A stretch of 64,000 nucleotides of DNA from Marsupella aquatica (GCA_973895155.1 OZ316891.1:20348169-20412168), one strand, 5' to 3'. Numbered from the stretch's first letter, positions 37,281-48,964 are shown. Translations and numbers: made by a program. The notes: generated by a model from the letters alone, not told the origin.

Positions 37281-38315
37281 TCATAAAACATACTCATCAT
37301 TGAGTAAATCAGCTTCTCCATCAGCCCTAGCCACATTTGTCGATGAAGTTTCCGTTGCCTTTCCCTTACAGTCTCGCTTGAAGTGTCCAACTTGGTTGCA
37401 CTTCCAACATGTCACCTGCCTCCTCTGAGGGGATTTACCCTTGGACTTAGATATGGATTTAGATCTAAACTGGGTTCTATGGTCCCCAGTTGGTCGCTGC
37501 ATACTCCTCCCACGGTTAACATTGAGGGCAGCACCAGATGATGAAGGCTGTGACGTGATGTGCATCTTCTGCTAAAGATCATCACTAAGCAGAGAACTTA
37601 CCACGTCATTGTATGAAATGGTATCCCTATCACGATGCAACAACACTCGTGATAGGGACTGGTAAGATGGAGGCAATGAACTAAGAAGCTGCAGAGCCTT
37701 CGTCTCATCATTCAAAGTCTCCCCAAGGTTTTCCAAGTCAACGACCATGTCGTTGAAAGCATCCACATGGTCTTGCAACTTCGTACCAGATTCCTTCATC
37801 CTGAAACTCATCAGTTTGTAGGAAGTGTAGAGCCGGTTCGACAACTCCTTGCGGTGATACTTGCTCTGCAATTCCGCAAATAAGGACATGCAATCCTTAT
37901 GTGCACCCAACTGCTTGATGATGGGAGGCATGAGATAGAGTGTAACACACCACACTCCCTGCTCCTGCATGCGGTCCCATTGTTTCTCATCAACATCGTC
38001 TTCACGAGGGCTCAGCAGTTGGCCCATCCCTGACGCATAAAGCACTCCCTTCACCTGCTTCTCCCATAGCAAGTAGTCAGAGCGCCCATCATACTTTGTC
38101 ACTTCATACTTGGGTCCCCCAAGCTTGAAAGTCCCCATCTTCTTCTTTACCGTGAGCTCCGGTAGTAGTACTGCTTCCTCCACCACACGCCGCACCGGTG
38201 ATGGTATCGGTGTCACGTGCTCTTCCTCCTGCTCCTCTCTCTGCCCCTGAAACCTCCGCGGTGACCCTCGTGCTTCAAGTTCCACGTCTTCGAAAAACTC
38301 CTCCGAATCACTCAT
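37281..38315 (-). pseudogene. gag: Copia gag region, same frame as pol but with in-frame TAG (37574-37572) and TGA (37283-37281)
   Basis: KYEVTKYDGRSDYLLW, a UBN2-type core (HVDAFNDMVVDLENLG, LLSSLPPSYQSL) and the zinc knuckle CWKCNQVGHFKRDC. The three ORFs 37572-38315, 37281-37565 and 34008-37235 share one frame. Confidence 0.85.
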
Positions 38316-39455
38316 ATGAGAAAGTCACAAAAAATGTTGTTTTTCACAACTTCTCAAAAAACTCGAAACTCAACACCGCCGCGTAGCCCACAAAGCTAGG
38401 AGTCCAATACTGAAAACCGAAATCAAAATCGAAATTTGACGGAAAAGTTATTCAAATTTCGGTCGAGGTGGGTAAAACCTTGGGAAACTCCCCCGTTTTG
38501 ACCACCTCAGGGAATAACCGAAATACCAAGTACAACCCGTTGTCGGAATTGCGATGTGATTGGTGCGCTGCATTGCCAACTTCAATGGCTACGACCTCGC
38601 CGAAAAATAACCAAAAAAGTTACCGTTCGGCGGATGAAATCTTTGTCGGACGGTCAAAAAATAGCTCTCTGGTTTTTTGGAATATTCTATGACCCTTGTA
38701 CAGGCCCTGTGGGAATTTTGGAAGAACAATCGAGGGGCTGACATGTGTCCTCGAACCCCCAAAACCCCCTACCACCCTTCGTCGTCGAAATCTGGTCGCG
38801 CGCGCAGAAAATACACACGGCAGAATGTACCCCTCGACACCAAACGCAAGATATCTCACTCGGGTTTTGACTAAATCAAGATCCGATTTCAGATTTGGAA
38901 ACTAGACTCCGAGGCGATGAAGATCGATATAAGAAGCACCCAAAACGAGGAAAGAACGAGGGAGAAAAAAATTGGTAAAGATGACAGATTTCTCTCAATT
39001 GCCATAGCCAATTTCGAATCAGTTTTTCAAAGAGAAAAAAATGGTACCTTGTCAACAACGAATGTTGATCAATTGCACTTGGTGTCGTCACCAAGTCCAA
39101 CAAGGTAATTGATTTTGCTTAGCCTTCCTCTTTGCATCAAAGAGCCAATCTCGGACTCAAAAACAATCGTCTTGCCTCAATCTCTCCGTTGAGTCAAAAC
39201 ACTTGACGCTTCTCCCTCCGAGTCGATTGCCAACTTTCTTCACAAAATCCAGAACGACGAAAACTTAGATCTCTCTGCACCACGAGCTCCGTTCAACGAT
39301 TTCTTCACACCGTTAGAAAGCTCTTGCCCTGATCTATCCGTTGAGCCCATAAACTCCAAGTTCCATGCGATGGAACTCTGGAAAATCCACCAACACTCAA
39401 CGCTGGAAAAACCGTCATGAAATCCCGTCACGAACACACGTCACCTCCCAAGCAT

Positions 39456-39467
39456 GCTCTGATACCA
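39456..39467 (-). other. Primer binding site complementary to the tRNA-iMet 3' end
   Basis: Plus strand GCTCTGATACCA, 2 nt inside the 5' LTR. Confidence 0.9.
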
Positions 39468-39469
39468 AT

Positions 39470-39872
39470 TGTTGAGCATAGACGACGATCGCAACGGCAA
39501 GCCCATGAACCATCCAACGCACAATAGTCGACACAAGAGATACGTGGTTCACCTCCTTGAGGCTACGTCCATGGGAACACACAAGAGAGCTTTACTGAAC
39601 TCTAAGCCCGTCGGCTATACCGAGTCTCCACAGTGTAAGCTCTCCCTATCTCTCAAGTGGCTCCATAACAATGAGCCTTGGTTCTACCTCTCCAAGCACA
39701 CATGCCTCTTATGATATAGTGTGCAACTTAGTTGTACCTAACCACATAGTTGTACCTAACCACATAGTTGTACCTAATCACGTAGTTGTACCTAACCACA
39801 TAGTTGTACCAACCCACATTGTTGTACCAACCACGTCATACCTAACCTAGACGTAAGAGTAAATACCCAACA
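39470..39872 (-). repeat. 5' LTR of the copia element
   Basis: 403-bp direct repeat of 33414-33816, followed by the PBS. Confidence 0.97.
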
Positions 39873-42821
39873 AACCTAACTTGGAACTAGTTTACAGCAT
39901 ACAACTGACACTAACATGGAGATAATTATGTGATTGACACAAAGATATGTAGTTCGCCCTAGGGTACATCCACAGTCTTGAGAACAAATTCGCTTTGCAC
40001 CATAGCCTATCAGGCCACAACCCGCTCTATGACTGGATCATCTTATCTCCCTGAGTCACTCTCCCCTAAACTGATCTCTAAGTGTGATGACAACGAAGTG
40101 CTCCTCCAAGGTAGATTGTCTCTCGAGTAGTCTACTCCCACCAACCTTCACTGTGGTTAACCTTACCACACATTAGAGTTCAGACGATGGATAAAGTGCC
40201 TCGTGGCGGGCCTCATGGTAGGGCTTTACATAAGATTCAGCAATGCCATGAAATTGGGAGTGCTTCAATCGATAGGTGTCAAAGCTTTCATCTTTACGTG
40301 TGATGGGGGACTGCTTCTTTCAATGGGCATCTCAAAGCTTCATCTTTATGGGTGATGGCTTTTGGCCATAAAGAAATGACTGTAAGTTTTTTCATAGGGT
40401 TATGTAAAAGTTTTATTAAGTTTTTTGGTTAACCTGTACAATAACTTACAATTATTGTTTGTAGCAAAAACAAAAGGTTATGGATGATGGATTTGGTAGT
40501 CCATAAGTTATTCTGTAATCTTAACCTAGCTTTTTTCATTCATAATCCGTAACCTTAATGTAGTAGTCAGGATACATTAAGTTTTGAGGTTTGACACCCC
40601 TGGCCTATTAATATATAGATTGTCCACCATCTCATCATGTAATTAATTTCAGAAAGCTCTATGCCAAGATGGACTTTGCTACTGGGATGGATGGCATATA
40701 AATGTTGAGATTGCTCAATAGCATTCCACAAAAGAATAAAATGTAACTGCCAAACCAAAATCTATTTGGTGAGATCATCTTTCAAGCTGGTTTCTTGGTG
40801 GGTTTCTATGCAATCACTCAACCTCTCAAACCCACTTAAGCTTGTTCGATGGGTCCTCACTTATTTTCTTCCTACCCATCCCGTGCAAATAAGTATACAT
40901 AGGGTTTTACATTTGGTACCACAAGAATAATAGGGTTTTAAACCTACTTTTGCAAATCATAAGAACAGATAGGGTTCTAAAAACCATAATTGAGAATATT
41001 TTTAGGATATATACCCCAAAAGATAGGGGTGGAAATTTAGCATAGAAGTAAATCTTATTTTTGAGGGTGTTTATTGACTAAAGACAATATATGAAACCAC
41101 CCTTAGAGTGGTCGAGGCCCTCAATAGCTTATTAAAAAGGGCTTCAAGTGAGCTTTCTATTGAACCAATTTTCCTGCCAATTTTCACTCAATTTTGATCA
41201 AATTTGGAAATTTTGTGAAATCCAACGGCAAGATAGATTTCAAGATGTATGTGACTAGATTAGGTAGTATGACACTTTTTACCTGCATGTCAAATGTCTA
41301 CTCCCACTTTCAATAGACTCTTTGAGTGATATTCCAATTTGTATTGCGGTGCATCAGAACCTATGGGCTAGTTATTAGTTACTGCAGAAGCTAGGGGCTA
41401 GGTCACTTTTCAATAGGTATTATATTCAATTTTGGTCAATTGAAGTCTTTACATTTGGCACAGAGAGGCAACTAGAATGCTGTTGGAGCATCTCCAACCC
41501 TTGCTGTGACTGGGTGTTGACCGAATACAGTAACTAAAATGCAAAAGTAATGCCCAACCCATTCTGAATATAGCGCTGTCCGGATGTCATGCACTGGTCT
41601 ATTTGTTTCAATCTGAACAATTATGTATTTGGAAGACAAAACAAAGTTTGGACTTTCTAATGTGTTCAATGGTGGGTTTTCAAGATTGTATCATATGGTG
41701 GCTCGTAAGATGCTGATTCCAGTCGAGAAAAACTGGAATAAGGGTTGGGATAAAGTTTGATAAAAACCTAAAAAAACCTTATTCAGTAAGGATTGGAATT
41801 GACACATTAAACTAACTAGCGAATGTGTGTTGTTAGACTGAGTGGGTATTTATTTCTTACATCAACTCAACCCAGTAGTCTTTGAAGATGGTCTTACCTA
41901 CCACTCCAAAATGCACTAAGGGCACCTTAATGCATGTCATGATTTTTTCATTTGTAGTTTTGGGTCTTTATAAAAAAGATTTCACAGTCCAGATTATTCT
42001 TACTCAAAATACTGCTAGAATAATAAAAATGAAAATTCTCTTAGGCCTTTAGGTGTGTTAATGCCCTCCCATTATGGACTATAATAGCCCCTCAAAACTC
42101 AAATACATGTTTATTGGGGCATTATGGCTCATAATGCCTTATTAACAGGGTGTTACTTTATAAGTACTTTCAAGAGTGATGGCTTTGTATTTTGAGGGCC
42201 TTTATATGATACATATACACCTTGCTTTCGGAGGAGTACATTGAAAACTTTGGCTAATGAGGTAGTATATCACACAATGCCCTCAAATAGGACATTTTTA
42301 CCCTATCCATAATGACAACTAGCAGAAGTGTTGTCAAACATAAGTGAGATATCCAAGTAGTCAGATGCTATGGCCAGTGAGTGAGTCTGGCAACTGGAGT
42401 ATGCGAGCTGGGAAGATAGTGACGGGTTGGTTGTGGAAAGTGCACACCGGCACCTATATGTCATGTTATGGTTAATCGAACACTAGGGAGGCTTCCCACC
42501 AGATTGACTTTATATGAACAAAGCATGAGAAAAAGAAGAAGGAAATTGCATATTATTTTCCCGATTATATTATAGTGTTTAGATAGTGGGACTTACTATA
42601 CTACCACTTTTTTTGGCACATACATTTCTACTGAATATTATTCCATTTATCACAATGCTACTGATTTTATTTATGGGCTAAAAATTAAGCTGAGTTGGCT
42701 CTTTCACATCCAGTGGCTCTCACCCAATTTTGCAATTGGATGGCCAAGTCAGTTGACCAAGGGGTGGGCCATGTTAGGGTTTTGGGTCAACTTATTTACT
42801 TAGGCTAAACAACCATTAGAT

Positions 42822-43100
42822 TGTTAATGTGGATTAGCTATGACTCTAGTATCTAGCATGTAGAGGGCTACAGAGAAATAATTTTGGAGACTCATGCTCA
42901 TTGTTGAGGGAGCAAACTAGATGTTAGGAGAAGAGCTTGTGCTATGTATGTTTGGTGTGACGGGTCTAGAGTATAGTGAAGCTCTTGTGTGTTCATGTGG
43001 ATGTAGTCTAAGTGGAGATGAATCACAAATCTCTTGGTGTCGGTGTGCATGCTTGCTGGTTGTTCATTTCTTGTGAGTGTCACTGGTCGTTCTCCCAACC
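42822..43100 (+). mobile_element. Degenerate solo LTR related to the copia LTR, in opposite orientation
   Basis: GCTCATTGTT...GGAGC..., GACGGGTCTAGAGTATAGTGAAGCTCTTGTGTGTTCATGTGGATGTAG...GAATCACAAATCTCTTG aligns by eye with the reverse complement of the young LTR (GACGGGCTTAGAGTTCAGTAAAGCTCTCTTGTGTGTTCCCGTGGACGTAG...GAACCACGTATCTCTTG). Boundaries are approximate. Confidence 0.7.
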
Positions 43101-43244
43101 TGTCGGGTGATCTTGTCCTCCAATACGCTTAGTCTCTATACAGGATCAACCTGTCCAACCTCTTCCTCCATCCGACGTCTGGTTGAGGGTGGTCAAAGTA
43201 CTTTGAGGGAGCTATCCAATTGCAATACTTGGTGCAATGACAGC

Positions 43245-43368
43245 CATTGGATGTGAAAGAGCTAGTCAGGGATAATATTATTCACTCTCAAACAAAAATA
43301 GTGGCATTGGATGTGAAAGAGCTAGTCAGGGATAATATTATTCTCTCTCAAACAAAATAGTGGCATTG
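43245..43368. repeat. Near-perfect 60-bp tandem duplication upstream of the transporter gene
   Basis: CATTGGATGTGAAAGAGCTAGTCAGGGATAATATTATTC.CTCTCAAACAAAA(A)TAGTGG occurs twice. Confidence 0.9.
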
Positions 43369-43997
43369 TGACTAATTATTATGTAAATTATTATGTGGCA
43401 AGGTATGTGTTGTGCCAAAAACGAGAGGTAACTTAGTCAGAGGGAACTTGGAAATGGCAAGTTCATGTCCTGTGAATCTCAATTTCTGCGGGCAGTATTG
43501 ACGCTCTCTGTACGCCAATCCCCGAGCGAGAATTCGGTTCTCAGTCTCCTCTCTGGCGATGGATGGCCTCATTATTAGGATCTTGTCATGATTCCCTCTC
43601 CACTCCTTGCTTTTGAATCATCCATTCATTCACTTGTAGCAAAAAGAATCATGCATCAGTCTCTCGGATGCGTTCAGTTTGCTCAACAGAGCAGAAGTTG
43701 AGCAGAAAGACCCACAAGAGAGGAAAACTCGTTCTGAAATCGAAGTGCAGCACGGTGATGTGATTGATGTGCGTGTGAACGATGACGGGAATGTTCAACT
43801 TGGGAGCTTCCCGCACAATCAGAGCCCTCCCCTCATCTTCCATCTGTATCCCTCTCCGACCCAATTCTGTTCTAATTGACCCACGAGCGAGATTTTCTAT
43901 TCCAGAACTCAGTAGGACGATTTCGATTTCATCTCGCTGCTGCAGCAAATGTGATTGCTGTCCATTGCGCGGCGGCCATGAACTCCTCGACAACTAC

Positions 43998-46900
43998 ATG
44001 GCCAGCTCGGTCCTAGGCTGTTTATATGCAGCAGCAAGGCCAGCATCCAAAGTCCGCCAAGCTTCTCCTGAATTTCGCAATTCCGGTGGCCTGATTCGGC
44101 TGGCTGTCAGAAAATCGTCTGAGTCGTCGTCAAAAGCAGAGGAATCTGTATCTCTTCCCACTAGTGAAGGCGAATCCGTCGTGCAGACTTCAGATGAGCT
44201 AGAGCGACGCCGCGTAGAAAGGCTGTTCTCCAATTTGAATGAAGCCACTCTGAAACACGAGCCCGGTACTTCCCCTCATTGTTCTCTGTTAGTTGAAATT
44301 ATGTAAGTTGAAGTGCTTAATTATGCAGCAGTGATTTCAGCTTCTGTGGTGGTGGGAGATTCCTTTTCTTTGGTAGGATTTGAAATTCTGACTGGGGCTC
44401 ACTGGACATGGCGGTACACTTGGATGCATCGAGTGCTAGTATCTGGGGATTTACCATATGGAGAGAAAACAGAGTGCAGCAGTGATTTCAACTAGTGGTT
44501 GGAGATTTTATTTCATTACTAGGATTTTAGGGGCTCACTAGTCGTGGCCGTTTATTTGGATGCACCGGGTGCTAACATCTGGGGATTTACCTATATGGAG
44601 AGAAAACACAGAGTACGGTCGTCCATTACAGACTATTTTCCCCCCTTCGGTGTTCTATCAGTCAAATAAATCAGTCATGTAATGTGGACGAGTTTTTGTT
44701 CTCAATTCTTGGCTCTATATGGGCACGCGTTTTTTTTTGCTACCACATTAAATTCACCCATTTTCTCATGTAGGTAGATGATGTAGATTTGCTGTACGGG
44801 GAGTTTTCTACTTGTCTAGAAGTGGTCAATGTGATCAGAGAGGTGTAAATTAGAGGCCAGTGATAGTAAACGCTAACACGTTTTCCGTAATTGTGTTGAG
44901 AAGGTAGTCTCAGCGGCTCCATCCTACTCGTTGCAGGCACGACGGTACTTAACTTGCCCTGACATGGATTGCGATTTCCTCTGAGTTTGGTTTCTAAGAC
45001 AACGCACGGAAAGACCACCTGATAGTACCCGTTTCAAAATGCATAGTAGCCTAACTATGGAAAGTTACCGAAAAGTTGACAACTGGTATTCAAATGCGAT
45101 GGCAATGTCGAAAACCCTACAGTTAAGCCTGTTTAAACCTTGATAGTCTGTTAAGCCAATTGAGCTTGATAGAGCTAGTTTTTTTGAGCGAACCTCCTCT
45201 TCATAACCTTGGTTCTAATCCCGAATTTCTGGTCTCCTGTTACGTCTGCAAGGTTGGAGCAGGAATTTTGGCCATACCTGCCGCAACCCAAGATGCTGGT
45301 TTCGTGGCTTCGGCAGTTACTTGTGTAGCTTGCTGGTCCTACATGGTAAGATCAGTTCCCCATGCATGGTTCCAGACACTTCGTCTTTTTGAAAATCAGG
45401 TTTCAACCTATTGTCGAAGACAATCTGCTGAGATCTGTGATGCAGGTCGTAACAGGACTGCTCGTGGCCGAAGTCAACATAAACACTATGTGTGAGCTTG
45501 GCTCGGGAGGGGTTTCACTGGTAGGAAGTCTCAACTTCCCCCGTTTTACTGTTCACGGTGGATGTTTTCCTTTCTTTGATGATATGGTGAAAGTGTAGGT
45601 ACGAGGTTGTTGCCTCTTATATGTTTTACAAAGCGCTCTAGAAACTCCATTAATATTGGCCAACGAGTTGAGGTGAGTTCATTGCACTGATTGAATTTGG
45701 GAAGAATAATGGTTGCATCATTATATTGTGGACAGGTGTCAATGGCTTCCCGGACCGTGGGAAAAGCTGGAGTTGGAGTAGCCTGGTAATGCCTGCCACA
45801 CACACTTGTTTTTTACTGATTACTTTGAGCCATAACGTGAACTTGGGAGAGGCTAAGAAGCTCCAAAGGATTTTATTGTCGTACTAGTGCTCAACTCCCA
45901 TGCAAATATGTTTTCAATTGACTTTACCAAGTCTCACAGTTCATAATTGATCGTGTTGATACCATTTTCTATTGGGCAGTGGCTTATATCTTCTCTATAA
46001 TTACACTCTGGCGGTGGCTTATGTGGCCCGCTGCTCCAGTCTTATCTCCGATGCAATTGCTTCTCCTTTGTGGGTTTGCTTCTGAACATTTTTGTTTATG
46101 CGCACAAGACGATCGCCCTAAACCTTACCACATCAGTGTAGGACACAATGTTTGGAAATTAACTTTATTGGCTGGTGTGTATTGTGCTTGATGACGGGGC
46201 AGTGTGACCTATCTTTGTATTCATTATGCACTGCTCGTAGCATATGTGGCCCGCTCCTCCGAACTTGTTTCTACTGCAGTCGGATCACCTTTGTGGGTTT
46301 CCTCTACATGCGAAGGACTGTTCATGGAGATTGTTGTTGTTGATAATCAAGTTACTACCTTATAAAAAGTGGGCTTACTTTTAACGACTGTAGTTGAATT
46401 CCAATCTTCTTATTATGGCAGTGAAATCTAAATAGAGAGCCTTTGAATATGTTTTGCAGATGGCTGAGTGGATGCCTATTCACGGGAACACTTGGAGGCC
46501 TATGCTACTTTGGCAGGTAAAACCATCATAAGTGATGCATAACTGACTAGTGACAGGATCTGTGCTCGATGAGTTTCAGAGAGCGCCAAGATGGTTATCC
46601 CTTATCTATATTTTACTAAAAGACTTGTTTCCTGGTGCAGTCAGCAGACAATTGACATCGTCAATGGCGCTTTGGTGGGTGGCATTATTGTCACTTTCAC
46701 GGGACTGGTGGTAAGTTGCAACATGTTTGTCTATTGCTATCGCTGACTTTTGTGAGGGTTACGCTAGCGCTATCGCATCCAGATAAGCGAGGATGAGCCC
46801 TCAAATACGTATGGTTACAGGCATGGATACGATTCAAAAGAATAGGACTGGGTTTTGACGATCCCCAATTGGATCTTTGTTGCTTACTTGACTAACTTGA

Positions 46901-48964
46901 CTGAAGCTTTCGGTGCTGATGCACTTCTTTGAAATTAGATTAATGCACTGATTCCTTGCTGTATGGGGAATTCCACATTAGGCTATGTTAAAATAGACTT
47001 AACCGATGTATCCGCTAGACCTATAGATGAAGTATATTTTCTACTTTGATTTCAGCTTTGACGCACATCGATGCTCCTGCCCAACTTTATTCTGGTGCTT
47101 GTTGGCCTCTGACCAGGGAGTAGCGGCAGGTGGACTGGAGCTGGATTCCTTACTGCGGATAAATTTTGCAGCAGCCCCTCAAAGTATACCTATCATAGCA
47201 TTATCTTTTGTCTACCAGGTGAGATTCTAAGTTTGCTTTGAGCAGAATTGGCAAAGTTTCTTATCTCTTGAACTGCGGTTGTGCTCGCAGATTCAGATGT
47301 TCCATTCTAAATCTTTTGAAGTTTCATCTTGGCTTATTCATTTGTTTACTTCATGTTTGATCTTTACCTCGTAGTGTAGTTACTTTCGCTCTGAGGGGTG
47401 TATTCAAAAACTTACAGTGCTTTGTGTAATTGTCCAACTTGTATCAGAATGTTGTGCCGGTTGTCTGCACCAGCTTGGAAGGAGATCTTCCAAAGATAAG
47501 GTTCGTTCAAGAGATTCTAAATATCTGAATACGAGGTGATGGGTCTTGGATGGCTTACGGGCATCGGGATTTGCTCAATAACCATTTCGTCCTGTGACTT
47601 GTGACCAGGACTTCAATAGTGCTTGGGACAGCCATACCTTTGCTCATGTTCTTAGCATGGGATGCAGTAATTCTTGGAAGTGTAACTTTCGACCCAAATG
47701 AAGTAACTCAAAGAGTAGTGGATCCGCTGTCCGCATTGCAATCATCCAATGGCATCGTCGCAGTGAGTATCTATTTGCGTTGAGGCGTATTGCCGTGCAG
47801 CTGTTTAATTTGGGGAATGGGTTTTACCTGTGTGGTGTTGTTGAATTCATTGTGAGATAATCACGTCAATGTGTGCATTAAAAATCTTTTGTTTATCAAT
47901 TTTCAATGGTTTCTGTCGGTGTTTTAATGCTGTGAAATTGGAAATCCTGGAGTCCGTCACACTTCTTGTTTATGGGCAAGTCAACTTGTTTTTCTTTGAA
48001 TAGTATCTGCAAGGTTATATGATCCTTGGCAGAAATAACAACAAGAAAGTATTTGCTAATAATTGTGCTTGTTTGTTCAATGCAGCCACTAGTGAGAGTG
48101 TTTTCTCTGCTTGCCGTGGCAACCTCGTACATAGGATTTGTTCTGGGCCTCTCTGATTTTCTTTCTGATTGTAAGCATCAAGAAAGCCCATCCACTAATA
48201 TTTTTACTTGACGCAAAGCATGGCCCATTTGCTACGCATTTTAACCAGCAGAGAAAAGGTAAAGGTGAGACTCTTCTACCTGATGTCAGATCTTTTAGCA
48301 GGCAGAAGTCAATTTTTGATGACTAAGGAGAGACTCATTGATCTGGTGTTCGTGTAACAGTGCTGAAGATGCCAGTTGGGGGAAGTAGAATGTCCTTGCC
48401 CTACCTACTGACATTACTTCCCCCCCTTGCATTAGCATTGACTTATCCAGGCATCTTTTTTAATGCTCTCGACTTTGCAGGCACCTATGGAGGTAAATTT
48501 TCTCTTCCATATAGTTGCTCCACCCGTTACTTTAGTGTGTTTCAAGATCTGCTCGTGAAAGGCTTTGATCTAACCACAATGTCCAGATGTATCGATCTAT
48601 TGTCTTCCATGGTCAAATCAAAACGAATATGGGCGTCAAGTGCGACGCTTCACAAGAGGGCAAAGTTGGATGTTCATTTCCTTCTCTTCAAATTGCCCGA
48701 GTTTCATAGGCTAGGCTGTTAAAGATGGTTTTCTTTAAAACGTCTTGAAGACTGATTTGCTTATCTATTGTTGTCGGGATTGCAGTGCTGGTTCTCTTTG
48801 GTATTCTTCCCGCAGCAATGGCATGGTCAGAACGATACTCAGACAGATGTCTAACCCCTTCGACCCCTGCCCTTGTCCCTGGCGGCCGACTGACACTGGT
48901 TGCTGTCATTGGGTTGGCCGTTGTGATAATAAGCTCGGAGCTCTTGGGGACTCTTTTACCCTAA
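43998..48964 (+). CDS. Tryptophan/tyrosine permease family (HAAAP, TyrP/Mtr-like) aromatic amino acid transporter, probably plastid-targeted
   Basis: Exons: 43998-44265, 44904-44944, 45253-45345, 45446-45520, 45736-45785, [6a 45980-46069 and/or 6b 46203-46292], 46460-46516, 46641-46710, 47117-47218, 47448-47500, 47609-47762, 48086-48170, 48361-48492, 48786-48964. Motifs: LVAGTTVGAGILAIP, GLLVAEVN, HYALLVAYVARS, SFVYQNVVP, IVLGTAIPL, AVATSYIGFVLGL, FFNALDFAGTYG, VPGG. Ser/Ala/Arg-rich transit-like N-terminus. Confidence 0.92.
44324..44614. repeat. Diverged tandem duplication (about 150 bp) in transporter intron 1
   Basis: TGCAGCAGTGATTTCA...GGGGCTCACT...TGGATGCA...ATCTGGGGATTTACC.ATATGGAGAGAAAACA occurs twice. 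Confidence 0.8.
45980..46069 (+). CDS. Transporter exon 6a, the diverged duplicate of exon 6b
   Basis: GGGCAG acceptor, 90 nt, phase 2-2. Encodes (C)GLYLLYNYTLAVAYVARCSSLISDAIASP(L). Donor TT|GTGGGT. Confidence 0.7.
46203..46292 (+). CDS. Transporter exon 6b, the family-consensus-like copy
   Basis: GGGCAG acceptor, 90 nt, phase 2-2. Encodes (C)VTYLCIHYALLVAYVARSSELVSTAVGSP(L). Donor TT|GTGGGT. Confidence 0.85.

Larger units (their letters stand above)
33414..39872 (-). mobile_element. Full-length Ty1/copia LTR retrotransposon, very recent insertion
   Basis: LTRs 33414-33816 and 39470-39872 (403 bp, TG...CA, one mismatch). 5-bp TSD AACCT at 33409-33413 and 39873-39877. PBS TGGTATCAGAGC (tRNA-iMet) at 39467-39456 and a PPT next to the 3' LTR. 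Domain order is gag-PR-IN-RT-RH. Confidence 0.98.
33391..40172 (-). mobile_element. Older copia-type LTR split by the young element (fragments 33391-33413 and about 39878-40172)
   Basis: Begins TGTTGAG like the young LTR. The right fragment has GACACAAAGATATGTAGTTCGCCC...GTACATCCAC, matching the young LTR's GACACAAGAGATACGTGGTTCACC...CTACGTCCAC. The right end is approximate and no TSD was recognised. Confidence 0.55.

Noticed and set aside
37572-37574. U-to-C RNA editing as the repair mechanism for the copia stops
   Set aside because: Reverse editing is known from organellar transcripts of some plant lineages, not nuclear retroelements.
41482-41498. GAGCATCTCCAAC resembling a Tourist/PIF MITE terminal repeat
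   Set aside because: No partner TIR or TAA/TTA TSD was found; it is only a small local palindrome.
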